This document shows, one piece after another, positions 45,121 to 57,966 of a stretch of DNA of 64,000 bases (its first letter is position 1; each line of letters opens with the position of its first letter). The translations under genes and the position numbers were made by a program. Source of the DNA: Leucoraja ocellata (taxonomy: Eukaryota); contig JAWMAR010000508.1 in the NCBI GenBank assembly GCA_036785375.1, positions 992,001-1,056,000 on the forward strand. Reading direction: 5' to 3'. The notes under the pieces were generated by a model. The model ran no database searches and was not told where the DNA came from. It saw only the letters and a program-made list of their open reading frames with translations.

Positions 45121-48100
45121 CTACCATTTACATGGTAAATGGTAGGGAATTAAAGAATACAGTTGAACAGAGGGATCTGGGTATAACTGTGCATAGTTCC
45201 TTGAAGGTGGAATCTCATATAGATAGGGTGGTAAAGAAAGCTTTTGGTATGCTAGCCTTTATAAATCAGAGCATTGAGTATAGAAGCTGGGATGTAATGT
45301 TAAAATTGTACAAGGCATTGGTGAGACCAAATCTGGAGTATGCTGTACAATTTTGGTCGCCCAATTATAGGAAGGATGTCAACAAAATAGAGAGAGTACA
45401 GAGGAGATTTACTAGAATGTTGCCTGGGTTTCAACAACTAAGTTACAGAGATAGGTTGAATAAGTTAGGTCTTTATTCTCTGGAGCGCAGAAGGTTAAGG
45501 GGGGACCTGATAGAGGTCTTTAAAATGATGAGAGGGATAGACAGAGTTGATGTGGACAAGCTTCTCCCTTTGAGAATAGGGAAGATTCAAACAAGAGGAC
45601 ATGACTTCAGAATTAAGGGCAGAAGTTTAGGGGTAATATGAGGGGGAACTTCTTTACTCAGAGAGTGGTAGCGGTGTGGAATGAGCTTCCAGTGGAAGTG
45701 GTGGAGGCAGGTTGATTGGTATCATTTAAAAATAAATTGGATAGGCATATGTATGAGAAGGGAATGGAGGGTTATGGTATGAGTGCAGGCAGGTGGGACT
45801 AAGGGGGGGGGGAAAGTTGTTCGGCACGGACTTGTAGGGCCGAGATGGCCTGTTTTCGTGCTGTAATTGTTATATTGTTATATGGTTATAAGTGACATCA
45901 TCCATCTGTCACCTGTCCTGGAAGGCAATCCTGCCCAAAATACTGGGCCTGCCTTGAAGACAATTCCAGTCCGAGTTCCAAGTCTGCTTGGAATCTCTGT
46001 ATGTTGTGCAGTAAAAAATAATCACATGTTGTTATCTGTTTTTTAAAACCAGATCTGAAATTCATGTTATTGTCATTTTGAACAAAAACACAAGAGTAAA
46101 ATTACCAACATGTAACTGGTCCACAATCCCTTGTTTCAGTAAACCCAGACCCACCTACCTCCATGGCTACCGGTGGTCTTGTGGTAAGCCCAAAGGCCCC
46201 TGATGCAGGTTCCTTTTCTCTCCTTCATTGGGCAGTAGGACTGGTAGGAAATGTGGATTCCATGTTTCTCCTGACCTCTGCTTGGGTCTTGGTCTGAAAA
46301 CCTCATCATACTGAGCCTGCCTTGTCGGACAATTCTGGCCATAATTCTGAGTCTGCCTTGAAAGACGACTCTGATCATATTTCCGTGCCCAGCTTTCAAG
46401 TCAAGTCAAGTCAAGTCAAGTTTATTTGTCACATACACATACGAGATGTGCGGTGAAATGAAAGTGGCAATGCTCGCGGACTTTTGTGCAAAAGACAAAC
46501 AACAAAACAACCAAACAAACTATAAACACAATCATAACACACATATTCTGTCCAAAGCAAGCGCTGTCTGCGGAGGGCGCTCAGCATCGCCAAGGACTGC
46601 TCTCACCCCAACCATGGACTGTTTACCCTCCTACCATCCGGGAGGCGCTACAGGTCTCTCCGTTGCCGAACCAGCAGGTCGAGGAACAGCTTCTTTCCGG
46701 CGGCTGTCACTCTACTCAACAACGTACCTCGGTGACTGCCAATCACCCCCCCCCCCCCCGGACACTTATTATTATTTATTCAAATCGTTTGCTATGTCGC
46801 TCTTCCAGGGAGATGCTAAATGCATTTCGTTGTCTCTGTACTGTACACTGACAATGACAATTAAAATTGAATCTGAATCTGAATCTGAATCTGAATCGGT
46901 ATTCTTTTACATAATAAATAATGGAAGGAAAAACGTTCAGTAGAGTTAGTCCCCTGGTGAGATAGGCGTTTACAGTCCGAATTGCCTCTGGGAAGAAACT
47001 CCTTCTCAACCTCTCCGTTCTCACCGCATGGCAACGGAGGCGTTTGCCTGACCGTAGCAGCTGGAACAGTCCGTTCCAGGGGTGGAAGGGGTCTCCCATG
47101 ATTTTGTTTGCTCTGGAGTTGCACCTCCTGTTGTATAGTTCCTGCAGGGGGGTGAATGAAGTTCCCATAGTGCATTCGGCCGAACGCACTACTCTCTGCA
47201 GAGCCTTCTTGTCCTTGGCAGAGCAATTCCCAAACCAGATGGTAATGTTCCCGGACAAGATGCTTTCCACCGCCGCTGCGTAGAAGCACTGGAGGATCCT
47301 CGGAGACACTCTGAATTTCCTCAATTGCCTGAGGTGGTAAAGGCGCTGCCTTGCCTTACTCACCAGCTTCAGTGAACTGCTTACCCCCTATGGAGGTGTG
47401 TTGTTGTAAACAAATTTGAAAACCATGTATCATTTTCCTTCCACTTCACAAGTATGCGCCACTTTGTGTTGGTCTATCACATAAAATCCCAATAAAATAC
47501 ATTTACGTTTGTGGTTGCAACGTGACAAAATGTGGAAATGTTCAAGGGGTATGAATACTTTTGCAAGCCACTTTAAATCTAACTCTCTTTTGAAAACACC
47601 CAGTGAATTGGCCTCCACTGCATTCTGTGGCAGAGAATTCCATAGATTCACAACTCTGTGTGAAAAAGTGTTTCCTCATCAGATTCAGATTCTGATTCAA
47701 TTTTAATTGTCATTGTCAGTGTACAGTACAGAGACAACGAAATGCATTTAGCATCTCCCTGGAAGAGCGACATAGCAACCGATTTGAATAAATCATAATA
47801 AGTGTCCGGGGGGGGGGGTGGTGATTGGCAGTCACCGAGGTACGTTGTTGAGTAGAGTGACAGCCGCCGGAAAGAAGCTGTTCCTCGACCTGCTGGTTCG
47901 GCAACGGAGAGACCTGTAGTGCCTCCCGGATGGTACGAGGGTAAACAGTCCATGGTTGGGGTGAGAGCAGTCCTTGGCGATGCTGAGCGCCCTCCGCAGA
48001 CAGCGCTTGCTTTGGACAGACTCAATGGAGGGGAGCGAGGAACCGGTGATGCGTTGGGCAATTTTCACCACCCTCTGCAATGCCTTCCGGTCGGAGACAG

Positions 48101-49769
48101 AGCAGTTGCCATACCATACTGTGATGCAGCTGGTAAGGATGCTCTCGATGGTGCAGCGGTAGAAGTTCACCAGGATCTGAGGAGACAGATGGACCTTCTT
48201 CAGTCTCCTCAGGAAGAAGAGACGCTGGTGAGCCTTCTTGATCAGAGTTGAGGTATTGTGGGTCCAAGAGAGGTCATCGGAGATGTTGACTCCCAGGAAT
48301 CTGAAGCTAGAAACACGTTCCACCTCCGTCCCGTTAATGTGGATGGGGGTGTGCGTGCCGCATCTGGACTTCCTGAAGTCTACAATGAGCTCCTTGGTCT
48401 TCTTGGAGTTAAGGGCCAGGTTGTTGTCAGCGCACCATGCTGCTAAGTGCTGGACCTCCTCCCTGTAGGCCAGCTCATCGTTGTTGCTGATGAGGCCAAT
48501 CATCAGCATCTCAGTCCTAAATGGCCGACCCCTTATTCTTAAATTGTGTGTGACCCCTGGTTCTGGACTCCGCCAACATCTCGAATATTTTTCCTGCATC
48601 TAGCTTGTCCAATCCCTTCAGAATTTTATATATTTGTGTAAGATGCCCTCTCATCCTTCTAAATTCCAGTGAATGCAAGCCCAGTTGACCCATTCTTTCA
48701 TCATATGTCAGTCCCGCCATCCCGGGAATTAACCTGGTAAAAATGTGTAGGATAGGACTGCAGATGCTGATTTAAATTGAAGGTAGGCACAAAATGCTGG
48801 AGTAATTCAGCGGGACAGGCTGCATCTCTGGAGAGAAGGAATGGGTGATGTTTCGGGGCGAGACCCTTCTTCAGAGCTGGTGAACCTACTCTGCACTCCC
48901 TCAATAGCCAAAAAACTAAACAAACTTTCCAGAGATGCTGCCTGTCCTGCTGAGTTACTCCAGCACTTTGAGTCTATCTTCAGTGTAAACCAGCATCAGC
49001 AGTTACCTTAATACACAAAGTATTTCAGTGATCAGACTCTGTACAAATTCACAATTCAATAACCATATAACATATAACCATATAACCATGTAACAATTAC
49101 AGCACGGAAACAGGCCACCTCGACCCTTCTAGTCCGTGCCGAACACATATTCTCCACTAGTCCCATATACCTGCGCTCAGACCATAACCTTCCATTCCCT
49201 TCCCATCCATATAACTATCCAATTTATTTTTAAATGATAAAAACGAACCTGCCTCCACCACCTTCACTGGAAGCTCATTCCAAACAGCCACCACTCTCTG
49301 AGTAAAGAAGTTCCCCCTCATGTTACACCTAAGCTTCAGTCCCTTAATTCTCATGTCATGTCCCCTTGTTTGAATCTTCCCTACTCTCAGTGGGAAAAGC
49401 TTTTCCACGTCAACTCTGTCTATCCCTCTCATCATTTAAAAAACCCCTATCAAGTCCCCCCTTAACCTTCTGCGCTCCAAAGAATAAAGCCCTAACTTGT
49501 TCAACCTTTCTCTGTAACTTAGTTGCTGAAACCCAGGCAACATTCTAGTAAATCTCCTCTGTACTCGCTCTATTTTGTTGACATCCTTCCTATAATTAGG
49601 CGACCAAAATTGTACACCATACTCCAGAATTGGCCTCACCAATGCCTTGTACAATTTTAACATTACATCCCAACTTCTATACTCAATGCTCTGATTTATA
49701 AAGGCCAGCACACCAAAAGCTTTCTTTACCACCCTAATAAACTGGTTATTGACTGACAGAATTACATAC

Positions 49770-49835
49770 CTGGGTTCTGTCCGCTACTAGTCTCTGGAAT
49801 ATCGACTGACAAACTCTTGTCCTCAGCTGCCGTCA
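49770..49835 (-). other. Paralog of the 5973-6038 small exon
   Basis: Same acceptor, donor and length, with one substitution (N to D in the open frame). Confidence 0.55.
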
Positions 49836-52640
49836 CTGTGTGGAGAACACACATGTGTAGAGGGGACAATTTACATCAAGAAACAGAAATAAAATAAGGA
49901 AGTATTCTATTATCGGCAAATAGTTAACCCCTTTCATCCCTGATGGGGCATGACTGATTTAGTGGAGGGAGTGCTGTAATGTGGGATGAGTCCCTCACTA
50001 TCTCTGCAAACCTACTTTGGCTCTGAAACTATTCCTGGTCTCTGTAACCCCCTCCCCACCGGCCCCTACTCCCCTCCCTGTCAAATTGGAGGTATTGAAT
50101 CTAGCAGTGTGACAGTCTCCTGTTCCACAATGCTCATTTGAACAAGACTGCACTGATTCAAGAATTGTGTGGGGAAGACCTGTAGATACTGGTTTAAAGT
50201 GAAGTGCAGCAGGCAGTGAAGAAAGCGAATGGTATGTTAGCTTTCATAGCAAAATGATTTGAGTCTAGGAGCAGGGAGGTTCTACTGCAGTTGTACAGGG
50301 TCTTGGTGAGACCACACCTGGAGTATTGCGTACAGTTTTGGTCTCCAAATCTGAGGAAGGACATTATTGCCATAGAGGGAGTGCAGAGAAGGTTCACCAG
50401 ACTGATTCCTGGGATGTCAGGACTGTCTTATGAAGAAAGACTGGATAGACTTGGTTTATACTCTCTAGAATTTAGGAGATTGAGAGGGGATCTTACAGAA
50501 ACTTACAAAATTCTTAAGGGGTTGGACAGGCTAGATGCAGGAAGATTGTTCCCAATGTTGGGGAAGTCCAGAACAAGGGGTCACAGCTTAAGGATAAGGG
50601 GGGAATCCTTTAAAACCGAGATGAGAAGAACTTTTTTCACACAGAGAGTGGTGAATCTCTGGAACTCTCTGCCACAGAGGGTAGTCGAGGCCACAGTTCA
50701 TTGGCTATATTTAAGAGGGAGTTAGATGTGGCCCTTGTGGCTAAGGGGATCAGAGGGTATGGAGAGAAGGCAGGTACGGGATACTGAGTTGGATGATCAG
50801 CCATGATCATATTGAATGGCGATTGGTGCAGGCTCGAAGGGCCGAATGGCATCTACTCCTGCACCTAATTTCTATGTTTCTATGTTTCTATGTCTTAGAA
50901 TGTGGGAGGAAACCGAAGATCTATGAGAAAACCCACGCAGGTCACGGGGAGAACGTGTAAATTCCGTACAGACAGCGCCCGTAGTCAGGATCGAACCCAG
51001 GTCTCTGGAGCTGTGAGGCAGCAACTCTAACGCTGCACTACAGTGCCGCGGCTTTCAGCTATCCCCCTCTGATCTTAATTTCCCCCCGTAGGTTGTTCCT
51101 AGTGTATGAGTAAGAGTCATGGAAACAATGAAGTTGCAGAGACTTAATAAGGAAGTCGACAGAAGTAGGAACAGGAAACTTAATGCAAAAAATCACGATG
51201 TCCTTTATATAGAAGGGAAAATGTTTCGAACAGTTCCCCAAAGCTGAGGGTGCAGAACAGTCCTTTTATTCATCAAGAAAGCAAAGTGCTGGAGGAACTC
51301 AGCGGATCTGCGGATGGAGTGGACTAGTGCTTACACAAACAACATTTCAGATTGAGTCCCTTCTTTAGACTGGGGAATAGAGGGTAGAAAATTGGAAATG
51401 CAAAGTCATAGTCATAGAGTGATACAGGGTGGAAACGGGCCCTTCGGCCCAACTTGCCCACACTGCAAACATGTCCCAGCTACACTAGTCCCACCTACCC
51501 AAGTTTGGTTCATATCCCTCCAAACCTGTCCTACCCATATACATAGAAACATAGAAAACATAGAAATTAGGTGCAGGAGTAGGCCATTCGGCCCTTCGAG
51601 CCTGCACCGTCATTCAATATGATCATGGCTGATCATCCATCTCAGTATCCTGTACCTGCCTTCTCTCCATACCCCCTGATCCCCTTAGTCACAAGGGCCA
51701 CATCTAACTCCCTCTTAAATATAGCCAATGAACTGGCCTCAACTACCCCTTGTGGCAGAGAGTTCCAGAGATTCACCACTCTCTGTGTGAAAAAAGTTCT
51801 TCTCATCTCGGTTTCAAGGATTTCCCCTTATCCTTAAGCTGTGACCCCTTGTCCTGGACTTCCCCAACATCGGGAGCAATCTTCCTGCATCTAGCCTGTC
51901 CAACCCCTTAAGAATTTTGTAAGTTTCTATAAGATTCCCTCTCAGTCTCCTAAATTCTAGAGAGCATAAACCAAGTCTATCCAGTCTTTCTTCATAAGAC
52001 AGTCCTGACATCCCAGGAATCAGTCTGGTGAACCTTCTCTGCACTCCCTCTATGGCAAGAATGTCCTTCCTCAGATTTGGAGACCAAAACTGCAATACTC
52101 CAGGTGTGGTCTCACCAAGACTCTGTACAACTGCAGTAGTACCTCCCTGCTCCTATACTCAAATCATTTTCTATGAATATCCCTGTCTGTGTATAACAGC
52201 CCTATCGAAATATATGCTCGCATTGAGTTTGCTCTCTATATTAGCATTATCACTATAACTTATGAAGTGGCAGAAACTCGAGAGGCCCAACGACCTCTTG
52301 ATATATGAGGAAATAGACAGAAGTTGTGACAGGAAATCTAGTGCTAAAAATGAAAATGTTCTTTCACAGAATGATGGGAAATGTATCGCAGAGTTCCCCA
52401 AAGCTGAGGGTGCATAACACTCCCTTTAATGCTTTTAATGTATTTTAATTTTTAATTTAATGTAATTTAATTTAATTTAATAACACCCCCTTTAATGCTT
52501 TTAATGTCTTTTTAATTTTTACTGTTTTTATAGTCTTATGTGGTCTTAATGGTTTTAGTAGTTTGTAATAACTTTTTGTTGACTTCCCATGTACAGCTCT
52601 TTGTGGTAACTGATGTTGTCTAAAAGCGCTTTATAAATAA

Positions 52641-52681
<41 letters not shown>

Positions 52682-55600
52682 TCGAGCAAACAAATGCTGG
52701 GGGAACTCGGCGGATCTGGGGGTGGTTAGACACAAAGGGCTGGAGTAACTCAACGGGATGGGCAGCATCTCTAGAGAGGAGGATTTCGTGTCGAGGGTGA
52801 CATTTCAGACTGAGAGTCAGGGGAGAGGAAATGAGAGATATGGACGGTGATGTATATATAGAAGAAATGAATGAAATATGCAAAATAAGTAACAATGGTA
52901 AAGGAAACAGGCCGTTGTTAGCGATTTACTATGTGAGAACGAGAAGCTGGTGCAACTTGGGTGGGGGAGGGATGGAGAGAGGGGAAACGCAGGGGTTACT
53001 TGAAGTTACTTGAAGGCGGTAGGCAGCGCGACTCTCGTCAGCAGCGGCCTCTGCAGCCCGTCCGCGTTTTTTATTATTTTTGTCTATGTTTTTATGTAGT
53101 TTTGTTATTTTTTGTTGGGGTGTGTGTGTGGAGGAGGTGGGGTGGGGTGGGAGGGAGGGGGTAACATTTAAATCTCTCCCTGCACGGGAGACCCGACCTT
53201 TTCTTTGTCGGGTCTCCGTTGACGTTGGGGCTGCAACGAGGAGCGGCCTCCAACAGGAAGACCGGGGGCTCTGGTGCCGACGACTCACCTCACCGTCGAG
53301 TCCGTAGCGGGTGGAGCGGTGGTGGAGCGCTGCTGCTGCTGCGGCCCGACCTCCGGAGAATCGGAGGCTGCAACTGCGGGTCTGGCGGACGGCGGCACTG
53401 GGAGCCCGCGGGTCCCTGGAGGGAGACCGCTTTTCAGGGCTCTCGCAACGGCGACTTCTCCCGCCCGAGCTGCGGGGTCGAAGAGCTCCTGGAACGGGGC
53501 CTGACATCACCGCCCCGCGCGGCTTGGATTGGCCGCGGGACTCTGCGAGCGCACGCCGGGGTCTCCAACATCAAGAACCCGGTGTGCGACCTTGCATCAC
53601 CCGGCGTGGCTTTACCCGGCGTGACATCGGGGGGGGGGGGAGTGCAGTGGAGAAATAAGTTTCATCAGTCTGAAGATGCATCAGTCTGAAGAAGGGTTTC
53701 GTCCCGAAACGTTGCCTATTTCCTTCGCTCCATAGATGCTGCTGCACCCGCTGAGTTTCTCCTGCAATTTTGTGTACCTAAAATCCTTAAGGGGTTGGAC
53801 AGGCTAGATGCAGGAAGATTGCTCCCGATGTTGGGGAAGTCCAGGACAAGGGGTCACAGCTTAAGGATAATGGGGAAATCCTTTAAAACCGAGATGAGAA
53901 GAACTTTTTACACACAGGAAGTGGTGAATATCTGGAACTCTCTGCCACAGAGGGTAGTCGAGGCCAGTTCATTGGCTATATTTAAGAGGGAGTTAGATGT
54001 GGCTAAGGGGATCAGAGGGTATGGAGAGAAGGCAGGTACGGGATACTGAGTTGGATGATCAGCCATGATCATATTGAATGGCGGTGCAGGCTCGAAGGGC
54101 CGAATGGCCTACTCCTGCACCTAATTTATATGTTTCTATGTTTCTATGAAAAGAGCGCCCTTTAATTCTGAGGCTGTGCCCTCTGGTCTTAGACTCTCCC
54201 ACCAGTGGAAACATCCTCTCCACATCCACTCTATCCAGGCCTTTCACTATTCTGTACGTTTCAATGAGGTACTCCCCTCATCATTCTAAACTCCTGCGAG
54301 TACAGGCCCAGTGCCTCAAGCACTCATCATATGCTAACCCTCTCATTCCTGGGATCATTCTTGTAAACCTCCCCTGGACTCTCTCCAAGAAACAGGAAGG
54401 GGCTGGAGGGGAGGGAGTTCGAGCCCGGGGAGGGGTGGCGTGGGAGGGGGGTGGTATATGGGAGTGAATGGTGTTAGGTTAGGTAAGGGGGGAGGTGCAG
54501 CGAGACCTGGGTGTCCTTGTACACCGGTCACTGAAAGTTGGCGTGCAGGTACAGCGGGCAGTGAAGAAAGCTAATGGAATGTTGGCCTTCATAACAAGAG
54601 GATTTCAGTACAGGAGTAAAGAGGTTCTTCTGCAGTTGTATAGGGCTCTGGTGAGACCACATCTAGAGTATTGTGTACAGTTTTGGTCTCCTAATTTGAG
54701 GAAGGACATTCTTGTGATTGAGGCAGTGCAGCGTAGGTTCACGAGATTGATCCCTGGGATGGCGGGACTGTCCTATGAGGAAGGATTGAAAAGACTATGC
54801 TTGTATTCACTGGAGGTTAGAAGGATGAGGGGGGAAAGCTTTTCCAACTGAGAGTAGGGAAGATTCAAACAAGGGGACATGACTTGAGAATTAAGGGACT
54901 GAAGTTTAGGGGTAACATGAGGGGGAACTTCTTTACTCAGAGAGTGGTGGCTGTGTGGAATGAACTTCCAGTGAAGGTGGTGGAGGCATGTTCGTTTTTA
55001 CCATTTAAAAATAAATTGGATAGTTATATGGATGAGAAGGGAATGGAGGGTTATGGTATGAGTGCAGGCAGGTGGGACTAAGGGAAAAAAAGTTGTTCGG
55101 TACGGACTTGTAGGGCTGAGATGGCCTGTTTCCGTGCTGTAATTGTTATATGGTTATATGGTTATGAGTTCTCATGTACAAGCACTTTGTGGCAACTGCA
55201 GTTGTTTAAAGTGCTTTATAAATAAAGTTATTATTATTATATGAAAGTCCTGCCATCCCAGGAATCAGTCTGGTGAAACCTTCTCTGTACTCCCTCTATG
55301 GCAAGAATGTCTTTCCTCAGATTAGGAGACCAAAACTGTACGCAATTCTCCACGTGTGGTCTCACCAAGACCCTGTACAACTGCAGTAGGAACCTCCCTG
55401 CCTCCTATACTCAAATCCTTTTGCTATGATCCTTTTGCCGGCATCAGCAAAAACGACATAATCTGCGAACAATCTCCGTGCTGTTACCAATCCTTCACTC
55501 CCACTGTCCCCACTCCACATGGACCAAAACTCCAACCCCCATCTATCTCAGTCCACACTCCCATCTCCTCCCCCATTCCCTCCCACCATGGAGCAAAACT

Positions 55601-56443
55601 CTCTCCCACTCCCCACACTGACTATAGACCCAATCACCTCCCCACTCTCTCCTCACGGATCCAACCCCTTCCCACATGTCACAATAAACTAAAAAGTAAC
55701 TAAACTCTACCCCATCCCAGCGTCGGGATGTCAGGGCTTTCATATGAAGAAAGATTGGATAGACTCGGCTTGTACTCGCTAGAATTTAGAAGATTGAGGG
55801 GGGATCTTATAGAAACGTACGACATTCTTAAGGGGTTTGGACAGGCTAGATGCAGCAAGATTGTTCCTGATGTTGGGGAAGTCCAGAACAAGGGGCCACA
55901 CAGTTTAAGGATAAGGGGGAAATCTTTTAGGACAGAGATGAGAAAAGCATTTTTCACACACAGAGAGTGGTGAATCTGTGGAATTCTCTGCCACAGAAGG
56001 TAGTTGAGGCCACAGTTCATTGGCTATATTTAAGAGGGAGTTAGATGTGGCCCTTGTGGCTAAGGGGATCAGGGGGTATGGAGAGAAGTCAGGTACAGGA
56101 TACTGAGTTGGATGATCAGCCATGATCATATTGAATGGCGGTGCAGGCTCGAAAGGCCGAATGGCCTCTACTCCTGCACCTAAATTGAATGTTTCTATGT
56201 TTCTATGAAAGGTTCAGAGAGATATGGGCCAAATGGGACTTATTTAGATGGGACACTTGGACGAGTTGGGCCGAATGGCACCTATTGTCTATGTTTCTAT
56301 GTCTATGGATGAGATAGAAACATCAGGTCCAGGATACTTGGGCAATCTGCCCTGCCCCTCTCCCAGACACAGTGGTAGCGGTGGGGAGGGGGGGGGGGGG
56401 GGTTATGATTGGAGAGGGCCCTGATTTTAGGCTGACGCAGTGT

Positions 56444-56631
56444 CTACCTCCCCTCTTTCTCGTTCTGGTGAGTAAATGGCAGTGAAGACATTCGGACAGT
56501 TTCCAGATCATCCCGCACCTCATTTGTAGCTACACACGCTGGCCAGACGATTACAGGGACTACGCCTATGAAGATGACGGCAAGAACGATCAGGGCCACG
56601 ATGCATTTCCAGGACCTTTCCGAGCCACGTA
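56444..56631 (-). pseudogene. Siglec-like paralog C, transmembrane exon with a 1-nt deletion
   Basis: Same TM as B, but tgttgtagc becomes tgtgtagc. This bypasses the TGA and gives ...WPACVATNEVRDDLETVRMSSLPFTHQNEKEGR*. Confidence 0.7.
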
Positions 56632-57684
56632 CTGAGGGGTGGAGAAAGCAGTCAATGTGAGCCCAGCTCTGAGAAACAGACACGACAACATAACCTCAAC
56701 TCCAGCCCAGACCGGGCGGTAGGCAGCGCGACTCTCGTCAGCAGCGGCCTCTGCAGCCCGTCTGCGTTTTTATTATTTTTTGTCTATGTTTTTATGTAGT
56801 TTTTGTTATTTTTTGTTGGGGTGTGTGGCGGGGGGTGGGGGTGGGGGGTGGAAGGGAGGGGTAACTTTTAAATCTCTCCCTGCACGGGAGACCCAACCTT
56901 GTCTTTGTCGGGTCTCCGTTGTCGTTGGGGCTGCAACGAGGTGCGGCCTCCAACAGGAGAAGACAGGGGGCTCTGGTGCCGACGACTCACCTCACCGTCG
57001 CGGAGCTGGCCGAGTCCGGAGCGGGTGGGCCGGTGGTGGAGCGCTGCTGCTGCTGCGGCCCGACCTCCGGAGATTCGGAGGCTGCAACTGCGGGTCTGGC
57101 GGATGGCGGCACCGGGAGCCCGCGGGTCCCTGGAGGGAGATCGCTTTTCAGGCTCCCGCAACGGAGACTTCTCCCGCCCGAGTTGCGGGTTGAAGAGCTC
57201 CTGGAGCGGGGCCTTACATCAAAGCCCCGTGCGGCTTGGAATGGCCACGGGACTCTGCGAGTGCACGCCGGGGGCTCTAACATCAAGACCCGGTGTGCGA
57301 CCTTGCATCAACCGGCGTGGCTTTAATGGCCGCGGGACAATCGCCATCGCCAGCCGGGGGCTTTGACTTTAACTGTGACATCGGGGGGGGGGGGGTAGGG
57401 GGGGAGTGCAGTGGAGAAATAAGTTTTTTTGGCATTCCATCACAGCAATGTGATGGATGTTTATGTAAATTATGTTGTGTCTTGGATCTATTTGTTTGTA
57501 ATGTATGGCTGCAGAAACGGCATTTCGTTTGGACCTCAAGGGGTCCAAATGACAAACAAATTGAATCTTGATCTTGATTAGCAATAAGGAGTTTTAAGGG
57601 CACAGACGGGTTATGAAACCACCAAAATGGATAACCTCACATTTATGATGTTTTGAGGGGATATGACAGTCTGTGTCTACTCAC

Positions 57685-57966
57685 ATTCTACAGTGAGGGT
57701 CACATTCCTCTCTGCTGTCCCGTGTTTATTCTCTGCCACACAATGTTAGACCCCAGCATCTTGCCATGTCAGCTGAGGGAACTCCATCCACAGCTCGTTG
57801 TTGGAACGTGTTGTGTTCAGCGTGACACCGAGATGTCTCCACGTCAGGTTAGATGCTGGGAAACTCTGGACGGAGCAGAGGATCGCTGTAGAGTTTCCTT
57901 CCTTTACACTGACCCAGGAACTGTTCACGTCATCGGGGGAAGTGATTGAGAGATTCCGCGGGGCAT
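57685..57966 (-). pseudogene. Siglec-like paralog C, Ig domain 4 exon with a nonsense codon
   Basis: GGG GTC TAT CAG TGT (GVYQC) in A and B is GGG GTC TAA CAT TGT here. The stop is at 57748-57746. Confidence 0.85.
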
